Source of the DNA: Longimicrobiales bacterium
Lineage (GTDB): Bacteria > Gemmatimonadota > Gemmatimonadetes > Longimicrobiales > Gaopeijiaceae
Assembly: GCA_965248195.1 (NCBI GenBank)
Contig: CBDFIQ010000002.1
Span: forward strand, 3,168,001-3,232,000
Length of the DNA: 64,000 nucleotides
Reading direction: 5' to 3'
Shown here: positions 39,900 through 48,521 of the stretch, in pieces
How positions within the stretch are numbered: the first letter of the stretch is position 1
How the letters are laid out: every line of letters starts with the position of its first letter
Program-made: the position numbers and the translations under genes
The notes under the pieces: model-generated
The model's input: the letters and a program-made list of their open reading frames with translations, nothing else
Databases searched by the model: none
What the model was told of the DNA's origin: nothing

Positions 39900-42800
39900 T
39901 CAAGGGGTCCTCGACAACGCCCGGTAGTACTCCTCGACCAAGCGCCGGAAGCCTGTGGGGACCTCATCAGAACCGGACACGAAGACCCGATCCTGCCCCT
40001 CTCCCTCCAGCTCTCGCCGCAGGCCGAATTCCAATTGTTTCAATCCCTCGACGATCTGCGACTGGAGCCGATTCAATTCAGCCAGGTCCAAGTAGACGTC
40101 CTCGCGGTCCAACTGCCTCAGAGCCCGGATCACCTCGCCGAGTTGCTGCTGGTTCAGATCCTCCTCCTCGAGAATACGCTGCAGCTCAATCGCCTCCTGG
40201 ATGCGCTGGCGAGCCTCGCCTCGGAACTGCCGGATGTCCCCCCTTGAGAGACGGCCGAGTCTCGAGCCGGAATATCCGCCTCGCGTACCGAAGCCCCCAC
40301 GATCTTGGCCGATCTGCCCGTCCCCGCCGCCCTGACCTCCTTGTTGGCCTCCCTGCTGACCTTGACCTTGTTGGCCCTGACCTTGTTGGCCCTGACCTTG
40401 CTGGCCTTGCTGACCCTGTTGCCCCTGACCCTGCTGGCCCTGACCTTGTTGACCCTGCTGGCCCTGTTGATCCTGACCTTGCTGACCCTGACCTTGTTGG
40501 CTCTGGTCGCCCCGCTCACCCAGCCTCCGTGACAGCGACTCGGCGCCCCGCGAGAGGTCTCTCGCCCGGTCGAGCGCCTCCGCCCGGCGGTCCGCCTGGT
40601 TCTCACCAATCGCGTCGGTCGCCCGATCCAGCTCCTGCTGGAGCTCCTCGACGATTCGTGTGGTCTCGGCCTCGAACTCGTTCACGTACTCTGGATCCCG
40701 GTGGCCGATGAGCCCCCGGGAATAACGGACACGTTCCTTGAGCTTGTCGTCCCGGATCGTAGTCGCGGCCTCGCGCAACCGGTCCGACGCCTCCCTCTGG
40801 TCGGCCCGTGCGTCGCTCGCGAGCCGGTCGATCTCCCGTTCCAAGTCGGCGATTTCTTCGTTCATCGCTTCCTTGCGTTCGAATAGGCGTCTTCCAGCCT
40901 CCGAGCCTGACCCACCGCTCGCCTCGCCGAGGCGGTTCATGTCCGCCTCCATCTCACGCTGTTCGCGGACCAGTTCCGCCGCTCTTTGTTCGGCCTCCTC
41001 GACATCGTTGCGGAGCCGGTCCACACGATCTCGTTGGAGGCGCCGCTGCGCCTCTTCCAACCGATCGAGGGCCGAGTTGGCGTCAGCGGTCGCTGAGCTC
41101 CCCGATGCGGCCGCCGCGCGACGCATGTCCGCAGCCGCCTCCTGAATTCGCCGAGAAGCGTCCATCAGCTGCTGGTCGTTCGTGTCCCGGGCAAGACGTT
41201 CGAGGCGCCGTGCCGCCGCCTCGGTTTCGTCGGCGAGCTCACGCTGAGCGCGGTCACTGGCGCCGCCCGAAGCGCCCCCCTGTTGGGCGGCGGCCCTGCG
41301 CTGCCGCTCCGCCTGCTGCTGCTGCCGCCTGGCGAGTTCCTTCAGCGCCTCCAGCGTCTCGTCGAGCTGGTCACCGGCCTGTCGGCGCTCACCGCGCTCG
41401 ACGGTCTCGTACTGGTTCTTGAGCTTATCGAGCTCGAGCTCAAAGAGATCGGCTAGGTCATCGGCTCTCGCGCCGCCACCCCCGCCCCCGCCCCCCTGTC
41501 CTCCTTGACTGACCTCGACCTCATAGTTCTCCTCGGCCTTCTGGAGATGCAGGAGTGCTCTCAGTTCCGGCGAGATCGCTTCCTGAAGCTCCCCACTCCC
41601 GAGGATTTCTTCCGCGGCCTCCATCTCGGCGATGGCCTCGCCCAGCAACTCGGAAATCTTCTGGAACTCGGAATCGTTTCCCAGGCCGCGAGCCCTCAGC
41701 CGTTGCAACAGTCCGGCCACCTGCTCGCGCGCGCGCCCCTGAGCTAGGCGTACGCTGACCAGGTTCTCCTGGAACTCGCTTTCGTTATAAAGCTCGCGGT
41801 CTCGCACCAGGTTGTACGTGGCTGCGACCACCTGCTCTTGGAGCTCGGAGAGAGCACGCTCTTCCTGTCCTCCACCGCCGCCGCCACCGCCTCCGCCTCC
41901 CTGCTCGGCCTGGCGGAAATCGACCCGGAAGGGACGGATCTGGACGAAATAGATATCGCTCTTGGCGGTGCGGCTATCGGGTCCCCGGTTGGCGTCCTCA
42001 ACCTGGGCGTAATAGGAAATGAGGTCGCCGGGCTCGAGGCCGTAGTCCTCGAGGAAGAGCGTGTGGCCCGCGGTAACCTCCGGTGTCGGGCGGCCGTCGA
42101 ACAACGGAACCGTGTCCTCGGGGCCACCGTTGACCGAGTATATGAGGAGCAGGTCAGAGACACCGTAGTCGTCGTCGGCCTTCGCTTCGAGGTAAAGTTC
42201 CTCGATTGGACTCGCACGCTCATCACGCCCGGGCTTGGAAAACGACACGGACGGTGGCTGATCCGTAAGGACGTCGATCATGTATTGGGGAGAGGCCGGA
42301 ACTAGCTCTCCGCCTGCCCGCGCCAGAGCGACTTCGTAATACCCCTCGCGCTCGACGGTCAGGCTCGCTGTCCACGTGCCGTCTCCTTCGTCGGTGAGTG
42401 CCACCGCCTCGCCGTCGACTAGGAGCTGCCCGCCCGGCGTGAGCATCGTCGGGAAGACTCTCAGCCTCACTACGGTCCCTCGGAGCGCGGCGATGTCGCC
42501 CCCGAATTCGACCGTGCGGGAAGCGAGCCCTGTGTATGCTGGAAAGTGATACTCCAACTCGAGATGCTCCACATACGGGAGATCGGCCACCTCGATTCGG
42601 TGCGTATCCGATCGAAGGCCGCCGGACTCGACGAAATAGTCCGTGTTCTCGTCCAGGCTGAGAAGAAGGAGCTCGAAACCCGCCGATCCGTCCGTCAGCA
42701 TGGAAAGCGCGTCGAACGCGTCCGCGGACTCCCCACGAAAGAAGATCTGCACGTCCTCGGTCTCGAAGCCATGGAGCTCGGCCGTGACGAGTTGATCGGA

Positions 42801-43451
42801 GCCTCGGGCGATCGTGACGTCACCGGGGCTCACGGAAATCGAATACGGGTTCACCGTACCGGCATCCCGGGTCGGGAAGAGGAGGGCCGCGGCCCCACTG
42901 CGGAGTTGGGTCGGTCCGAGGAGCAACAACGCGAGCGAGGCGAGTGCCAACCCGGCGAGTGCTCCCGACGCCCGGTAAAGACTCCTTTGCTCGATCCGGC
43001 GCCCGAAATCGATATCCCTTGCGCGCTGGAGCGCACTCTCGACGACTTGTTGTTCGAGGGCTTCAGATCTTTCGAGGGCTTCGGAGCCTTGGTGCGACCC
43101 GGATGCTGTCTCGAGTGCCGCCAGCACCGAGGCCTCCAGGGAGGGCTCGTTCTCTTCCAGATAAAGGGCGGCCTGCTCGTCGGAGACCCTCCGCGCTAGG
43201 GGCCAGACGAGGAAGCGGGCTGTCAGCGCGGCCATGGCGAGCCACAGGATCACCCGGAACGTTACGACCGATGAGGCGCTGAAACGTGCGACTTCGAGCC
43301 CATAAACCGACAGAAGAAACGCCAGCAAACCGGCTCCGAGCACGATGGCCATCCCCCGGATCGCGATACGTGTACGCCACCGCCTGCGAATCTGGCGGAC
43401 CATGGACAGGACCCGGTGGTGGAGAGCGCCCTTATGTGTTGCTCGGTACAT
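39900..43451 (-). CDS. Large membrane-anchored coiled-coil protein (DUF4175-like) with Gln/Gly low-complexity tract
   Basis: Three N-terminal TM segments, ADDDYGV, a long Q/E/R coiled coil and a VPTGFRRLVEEYYRALS end. Start re-called at ATG 43451 after GGAGGAG. Confidence 0.7.
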   Translation of the reverse strand: MYRATHKGALHHRVLSMVRQIRRRWRTRIAIRGMAIVLGAGLLAFLLSVYGLEVARFSASSVVTFRVILWLAMAALTARFLVWPLARRVSDEQAALYLEENEPSLEASVLAALETASGSHQGSEALERSEALEQQVVESALQRARDIDFGRRIEQRSLYRASGALAGLALASLALLLLGPTQLRSGAAALLFPTRDAGTVNPYSISVSPGDVTIARGSDQLVTAELHGFETEDVQIFFRGESADAFDALSMLTDGSAGFELLLLSLDENTDYFVESGGLRSDTHRIEVADLPYVEHLELEYHFPAYTGLASRTVEFGGDIAALRGTVVRLRVFPTMLTPGGQLLVDGEAVALTDEGDGTWTASLTVEREGYYEVALARAGGELVPASPQYMIDVLTDQPPSVSFSKPGRDERASPIEELYLEAKADDDYGVSDLLLIYSVNGGPEDTVPLFDGRPTPEVTAGHTLFLEDYGLEPGDLISYYAQVEDANRGPDSRTAKSDIYFVQIRPFRVDFRQAEQGGGGGGGGGGGQEERALSELQEQVVAATYNLVRDRELYNESEFQENLVSVRLAQGRAREQVAGLLQRLRARGLGNDSEFQKISELLGEAIAEMEAAEEILGSGELQEAISPELRALLHLQKAEENYEVEVSQGGQGGGGGGGGARADDLADLFELELDKLKNQYETVERGERRQAGDQLDETLEALKELARRQQQQAERQRRAAAQQGGASGGASDRAQRELADETEAAARRLERLARDTNDQQLMDASRRIQEAAADMRRAAAASGSSATADANSALDRLEEAQRRLQRDRVDRLRNDVEEAEQRAAELVREQREMEADMNRLGEASGGSGSEAGRRLFERKEAMNEEIADLEREIDRLASDARADQREASDRLREAATTIRDDKLKERVRYSRGLIGHRDPEYVNEFEAETTRIVEELQQELDRATDAIGENQADRRAEALDRARDLSRGAESLSRRLGERGDQSQQGQGQQGQDQQGQQGQQGQGQQGQGQQGQQGQQGQGQQGQGQQGQGQQGGQQGGQGGGDGQIGQDRGGFGTRGGYSGSRLGRLSRGDIRQFRGEARQRIQEAIELQRILEEEDLNQQQLGEVIRALRQLDREDVYLDLAELNRLQSQIVEGLKQLEFGLRRELEGEGQDRVFVSGSDEVPTGFRRLVEEYYRALSRTP
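40330..40505 (-). repeat. Low-complexity coding repeat (QQGQG)n
   Basis: Iterated ccctgaccttgttgg / ccctgctgg units. Confidence 0.85.
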
Positions 43452-45564
43452 AACTCCTCCCATCATCAAATCTCATGGTTGCAGCCCGAGAAATCCAGTT
43501 CGAAATGGCGGTCTCCGTCAACAGAAGCACCAATGCCGCCACCATCAGCAAACGCCACAGGGACTGGCGCCGTTCCTGGTTTCTCGCCTGCATTTCGGGC
43601 GTTAACATCTCTCCACTGGCACCCAACTCGCCGCTGCTCTCCCGAGGAGCGACGGCCGCCGCGAGCTCGGTGGGATCCATGGATTCCAACTCAGACTCCG
43701 TCACGTCCACGTTCACCGCTACCGCGAAGGAGCGTTCCGGATTCGTACCCGGCGGCCGGATTTCATAAAATCCTTGCTCTTCGAGTTCCAAGAAACGAGG
43801 TCCGGCCGTTGCGGGCAAGGCGACACTCCCACCCCCGGGTGTAATCGCGACGTGGTCCACGTCGGGCGCTAGCTCACTCTCTCGGTCCAAGACGAACACC
43901 ATGCCGGCGGGATCGGCGATGTCGAGGACCTGACCGGCTGTGAACCAGGGCACCCGTTCCCGGTACCCGCCGAGGTGACGCATCATCTGGTGGATGAACG
44001 GGAGAAATACCGGCTGGACCGCCAGATCGTTCCAAAAAGTATCCATCGTGCTGGTCCAGACGAGCACATAACCTTCACCCAGGCGCCGCTCGGCAAGCGC
44101 GACCGACCCGTCGTCGAATCGTGCGAGGACTCGTCCCTCCGGACCTATCTCCAAGTCCCGTGACCGGAAGAACCGCGCGCGGGCGAAGTCACCTCCTCGG
44201 GGCCCAGCAAACAACTCGAACACCGGATGGGAATAATCGAGGTAGCCCAGTCGAGCCGCCCCCCTCGTGTGGTCCCTGGCTGGGCCGAATCGTCCCGGAA
44301 GCAACTCTTCGAGCCCGGTCTGCCATGCGCTGCGTTCTCCGAGGACGAGCAACAGTCCACCGCCCTCCTCCACGAAGCTGCGCAGGCGATCTTCAGTAGC
44401 ACCCTGTGGGAATCGAATGTCATTGAGTACGACGACGTCCGTCGCTCCCAGGTCGGCCGCCGAGAGGGAGGTCGAACGCCTCACATCAACCTGAAAGGAC
44501 GCCTCCTCGCTGATCTCGAGCGCCCGCTGCAGGTACAGGCTGGCATCGGACCGTGCAGTGCCGCCTTCCAACACGAGCGTACTCATCGGCCGTCCAGGCG
44601 AGAGCACGAAGTGGAGCTCATCGTCTTGCGGAAGCGCATCGGGGTCGAGCCGGATTGAACCACGCGTGTACAGGTCGGAGAGCGTGAAGGGCTCGAACGT
44701 GGCCGTCGCCGAGCCGGTCGGATCGAGTCGTACGGTCTGGGTCTGAACCTCCTGGCCATCCACTTCGAGCACGATGGCTCGTTCGGCTGGCGCTTCCCCC
44801 TGACGGCGGACCACACGCGCCGTTGCCGTCATGCGTTCCTGACCGGAGAAGAACTCTCGCCGGAGGGCCACCGACGCCACGGCGGCATTCGGAGTCGCTT
44901 CGTCGGAAATCAACACGGGATTCACCACCGTTCCAGGCGGAAACGTCACGCCCTCGTCGCCGTGCCACCCGGTGCGTTGGAAGTCGCTGATGATAACGGC
45001 CTCCCGGTTCGGGTACTCGGACTCTTCCAAGATCGTCTGGGCCAACTTCAAGGCCGGGCCGTAAAGTGTCCCGTCCGCGCTCAAACTGGCCGTGTCCAGA
45101 GCCGTAAGCAGGCGATTCCGATCCGAGGTCGCCCGGAGGAGCGCCTCTGCGCCCCTCCCCATGAACACGAGGCTGGCCCGATCGGAAGCGTCCAGGCCCT
45201 CGAAGATCTCTCGAGCCCGAGTTTTCGCCCGCTCCCACCGATCTCCATAACCCATCGAGTAGGATCGGTCCAAAACGACAACGACTTCACGGGGTCCGAG
45301 GGTCGAGCCGATCGCTACTGCAGTGTTCGCGAAGAAGGGGCGGGTGAATGCCGCTACGAGTAGCGCCAATGCCAGAGCCCGGATCGACAACAGTGCCCAG
45401 TGGTGGATCCTTCTGCGCTGGGTCGACCTAAACGGGATCTTCCGGAGGAACATCAAGGAGGGGAAGTCCACCACGTTGCGGCGCTGTTTCTCGGTCAGGT
45501 GGACGATGATGGGCACCGCCAGACCCACGAGACCCAACAGGAAGAGGGGGGCGAGAAGACCCAT
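43432..45564 (-). CDS. BatA-domain / vWA membrane protein
   Basis: LAVPIIVHL...FPSLMFL (BatA N-terminus), DRSYSM MIDAS motif, ISDFQ and a C-terminal TM. Confidence 0.85.
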   Translation of the reverse strand: MGLLAPLFLLGLVGLAVPIIVHLTEKQRRNVVDFPSLMFLRKIPFRSTQRRRIHHWALLSIRALALALLVAAFTRPFFANTAVAIGSTLGPREVVVVLDRSYSMGYGDRWERAKTRAREIFEGLDASDRASLVFMGRGAEALLRATSDRNRLLTALDTASLSADGTLYGPALKLAQTILEESEYPNREAVIISDFQRTGWHGDEGVTFPPGTVVNPVLISDEATPNAAVASVALRREFFSGQERMTATARVVRRQGEAPAERAIVLEVDGQEVQTQTVRLDPTGSATATFEPFTLSDLYTRGSIRLDPDALPQDDELHFVLSPGRPMSTLVLEGGTARSDASLYLQRALEISEEASFQVDVRRSTSLSAADLGATDVVVLNDIRFPQGATEDRLRSFVEEGGGLLLVLGERSAWQTGLEELLPGRFGPARDHTRGAARLGYLDYSHPVFELFAGPRGGDFARARFFRSRDLEIGPEGRVLARFDDGSVALAERRLGEGYVLVWTSTMDTFWNDLAVQPVFLPFIHQMMRHLGGYRERVPWFTAGQVLDIADPAGMVFVLDRESELAPDVDHVAITPGGGSVALPATAGPRFLELEEQGFYEIRPPGTNPERSFAVAVNVDVTESELESMDPTELAAAVAPRESSGELGASGEMLTPEMQARNQERRQSLWRLLMVAALVLLLTETAISNWISRAATMRFDDGRSYVPSNT

Positions 45565-46487
45565 CAGCGCACCCTGGCCATTTTTTCGCGGCTCGAGAGA
45601 TACCGGAAGAGGGCATAATCCAGCGGCTTCGATGTATCGAGCACGGTGTAGTCGATCCTGCTCCCCGTGAAGAGTCGTTCCAACTCCTCGGTGTGTTGGC
45701 CGATGAGAGTACGATATTCATCGGCGAGCTCATCGGGCACGATCGGGATCATTGTTTCACTCTCCAGATCTCGAAAACTCGCCGCACTCTCGTACGTGAA
45801 CTGGAGTTCAGCGGGGTCGAGCAGATGAAATACGATCACGTCGTGGCCCCGAGCCCTGAGATGCCGAACGGAGTCGATCACCTGCTCCGGCTCTTCGTAA
45901 AAATCTGAAAGAACGAGGAGGATCCCCCGGTGGTGGAGGTTGTCGCCCAGTCGCATGAGCGGGTCACGCAGCACGCCGGGCCGGCCCGGCTCGGCGTGCG
46001 CCAGCGTGTGTAGGATGAGCTGCAGGTGACGGGTGGAGGGAGGCACGTACTCCACGATCTCGTGGTCGAAGGTCGCGAGGCCCACCCGGTCTCTTTGCTT
46101 CTGCGAAAAGTAAGAGAGCGCTGCCCCCAGGTACCGTGCGTAGTCGAGTTTGGTGACCGCGTGGGTGCCGAAGCTCATGGACTTTGAGATGTCGAGCACG
46201 ACCATGAAATCGGCGGCTGTCTCCGCCTCGAACAGCTTCACGTAAAACCGGTCCGTGCGAGCGAAAAGCCTCCAGTCGATGCGCCGGATGTCGTCGCCCG
46301 GCATGTACTCTCGGTGCTCCGCGAAGTCGAGCGACATCCCCAGGTGCGGTGACCTGTGAAGACCTTGGAGGAAGCCGTCCACGACGGTGCGGGCCAACAA
46401 CTCCAGATTGCCGATCCGGCTCAATACGGCCGGATCGAGGAACTGCGTATCGGCGCCATGAACGCTCGACCGCTCTCTGACAGCCAC
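45564..46487 (-). CDS. DUF58 (vWA-like) protein
   Basis: GLHRSP, FAEHREYMPGDDIRRIDW, DISKSM and LSDF. Confidence 0.92.
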   Translation of the reverse strand: MAVRERSSVHGADTQFLDPAVLSRIGNLELLARTVVDGFLQGLHRSPHLGMSLDFAEHREYMPGDDIRRIDWRLFARTDRFYVKLFEAETAADFMVVLDISKSMSFGTHAVTKLDYARYLGAALSYFSQKQRDRVGLATFDHEIVEYVPPSTRHLQLILHTLAHAEPGRPGVLRDPLMRLGDNLHHRGILLVLSDFYEEPEQVIDSVRHLRARGHDVIVFHLLDPAELQFTYESAASFRDLESETMIPIVPDELADEYRTLIGQHTEELERLFTGSRIDYTVLDTSKPLDYALFRYLSSREKMARVR

Positions 46488-46496
46488 TTTGGGCGC

Positions 46497-47594
46497 CTAC
46501 AGACCCGAGGAGGGTACAGGCACGGCCTCGAGTAGCTGATCGACCAGTTCCCCGGTGGTCACGCCCTCGGATTCGGCGTGGAAGTTGGTGAGAATCCTAT
46601 GCCTCAGAACCGGGTGGGCGAGCGCCCGGATGTCTTCGAAGCTCACGTTGTAACGCCCCTTCGTGAGCGCCCGAGCCTTCCCTCCTAGAATAAGATACTG
46701 GGCGGCCCGGACGCTCGCTCCGAAGGCGACCCACTTGTTGATGAAGTCCGGACCATCTCCGTTGGGACTCGGGCGCGTGGTCCGAACGAGGTCGACGGCA
46801 TAGCGCATTGCCGCTTCCGGGACGGGCACCTTTCGTACGAGCCTCTGGAACGCGACGAGATCCGGGCCCGTGACCGTGTGCTTGAATTCAGGCTCCTGGA
46901 TTCCGGTCGTCGTGCGCACCACCTCTAATTCTTCGTCCTCGGCGAGATGGTCCATGATGATCTTGAACATGAAGCGGTCGAGCTGCGCCTCAGGCAGAGG
47001 GTAGGTGCCCTCGAGCTCGATGGGATTCTGGGTGGCGAACACGTAGAAGGGCTCTTCGAGTACGTACGTGGTTCCCTGAACCGTAACGCGGTGCTCCTGC
47101 ATCGCCTCCAGGAGCGCCGACTGGGTCTTGGGGGGTGTGCGGTTGATCTCATCCGCTAGCACGATGTTCGCAAAAATCGGTCCCGGGGCGAACACCATGC
47201 TGCGCCGACCCGTGTCTGCGTCTTCCTGGATAATGTCGGTGCCCGTGATGTCAGACGGCATCACGTCCGGAGTGAATTGGATTCGCGAGAACTTGAGATC
47301 GAGCACTTCGGCGACGGTGTGAATCAACATCGTCTTGGCCAGCCCGGGGACACCGAGAAGCAGGCTATTGCCGCCGACGAAGAGAGAAAGAAGCATCTGC
47401 TCGATGGTCTCATCCTGTCCGATGATGAGCTTCCGCACCTCGGATATAATCTGCTCGCGCCCCGCCTTCATGCGATCGGCGAGGTCTATGTCGTCGGGGC
47501 TGTCGAGGGCAGCCGCTTCGGGTGCGTCGACTGCCTCGGCTTCAGCGACTTCCTGTTCGGCTTCAGCGACTTCCTGCTCTTCCTTGAATGACAT
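46497..47594 (-). CDS. moxR: MoxR-family AAA+ ATPase
   Basis: GVPGLAKT, RIQFTPD, LADEINRTPPKTQSALLEAMQE and EGTYPLPEAQLDRF. Confidence 0.95.
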   Translation of the reverse strand: MSFKEEQEVAEAEQEVAEAEAVDAPEAAALDSPDDIDLADRMKAGREQIISEVRKLIIGQDETIEQMLLSLFVGGNSLLLGVPGLAKTMLIHTVAEVLDLKFSRIQFTPDVMPSDITGTDIIQEDADTGRRSMVFAPGPIFANIVLADEINRTPPKTQSALLEAMQEHRVTVQGTTYVLEEPFYVFATQNPIELEGTYPLPEAQLDRFMFKIIMDHLAEDEELEVVRTTTGIQEPEFKHTVTGPDLVAFQRLVRKVPVPEAAMRYAVDLVRTTRPSPNGDGPDFINKWVAFGASVRAAQYLILGGKARALTKGRYNVSFEDIRALAHPVLRHRILTNFHAESEGVTTGELVDQLLEAVPVPSSGL

Positions 47595-47696
47595 TTCGTG
47601 CTCCGTCGAGGCCGCCGCACGGCCGTTGGCTCATGGTTGTGGTTTCTTTCTGTCCCGGGTCGGTTGCGGCGCCACCCGGATCGATTACGGTGCCAC

Positions 47697-48521
47697 TCAG
47701 TGTGTCATCGCGTAGATGACATAATTGACACCCAGTTTGTATGCTTCGTTAGACAGGTCGATCGGATACCAACCTACATCCGAGTACTCCCAGTATTCTC
47801 CGATATCATTGTTATAGTTGGCAATGGCCACCAGTCGCCGGTCCGGATCGTTCTCTTCATGGAGCCCCAGGTAAACGGGCTCTACCTGGAAAGTAGGAGA
47901 AGCCAGGGTTTTCAGCGACTCGATCTGGAAAAAGGAGTCGAAGATCGTGTGGGTTTCGTCGAGTTCAACGAATTCGGCGCCCGGGATCACTCGTTTCATC
48001 TGGGCGTCGAAGTTGAACCAATCGCCACCACGAAAGTCGTCGGCGATCAGAAATCCGCCCTTGAGCAGGTAGTTCCTGAGTCCTTCGGCTTCGGCGTCGG
48101 TTGGATTCCAATACCCCGGTTCGGATATGTAAGCCATCGGGAAGCGGGTCAGTTCCGGGTCGTCCGTCTGAAAAATATTTCCCCCGGCCATATAGGGCTG
48201 GAGGAGGGTCGTCTCCCGCAGGATGTTCATGAAGTTGCGCTCCGCCCGGGGGTAGTCATGGGCCCAGGGCGGCAGCCCTCCCCTCCGTCGCCCTCCACCA
48301 AAGCTCCCGGTGTTGAGACCTTCGCCGAAGCGGATACGTGCGAATGTGAACCGGCCATCGTACGGCACATTGTCCTCTTGGACATATCCGCCATCGAGCG
48401 AAACCGCGCGTTCGACCAGCGGATCTCGATCTTCCGGTCCGGAATGGGTGAGTGCGACCGACCCGGTCAGAACCGAAGCCGTGACGAAACCCAACAACGG
48501 CAGGGGAGGCCATGCGCTCAT
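47697..48521 (-). CDS. DUF4159-domain protein
   Basis: Start re-called at ATG 48521 (ATGA overlap). Motifs WAHDYPRAE, YLLKGGFLIADDF and LGVNYVIYAMTH. Confidence 0.8.
   Translation of the reverse strand: MSAWPPLPLLGFVTASVLTGSVALTHSGPEDRDPLVERAVSLDGGYVQEDNVPYDGRFTFARIRFGEGLNTGSFGGGRRRGGLPPWAHDYPRAERNFMNILRETTLLQPYMAGGNIFQTDDPELTRFPMAYISEPGYWNPTDAEAEGLRNYLLKGGFLIADDFRGGDWFNFDAQMKRVIPGAEFVELDETHTIFDSFFQIESLKTLASPTFQVEPVYLGLHEENDPDRRLVAIANYNNDIGEYWEYSDVGWYPIDLSNEAYKLGVNYVIYAMTH

Noticed and set aside
47538..47580. 21-bp duplication at the MoxR N-terminus (EQEVAEA x2)
   Set aside because: An ordinary in-frame slippage in a disordered leader.
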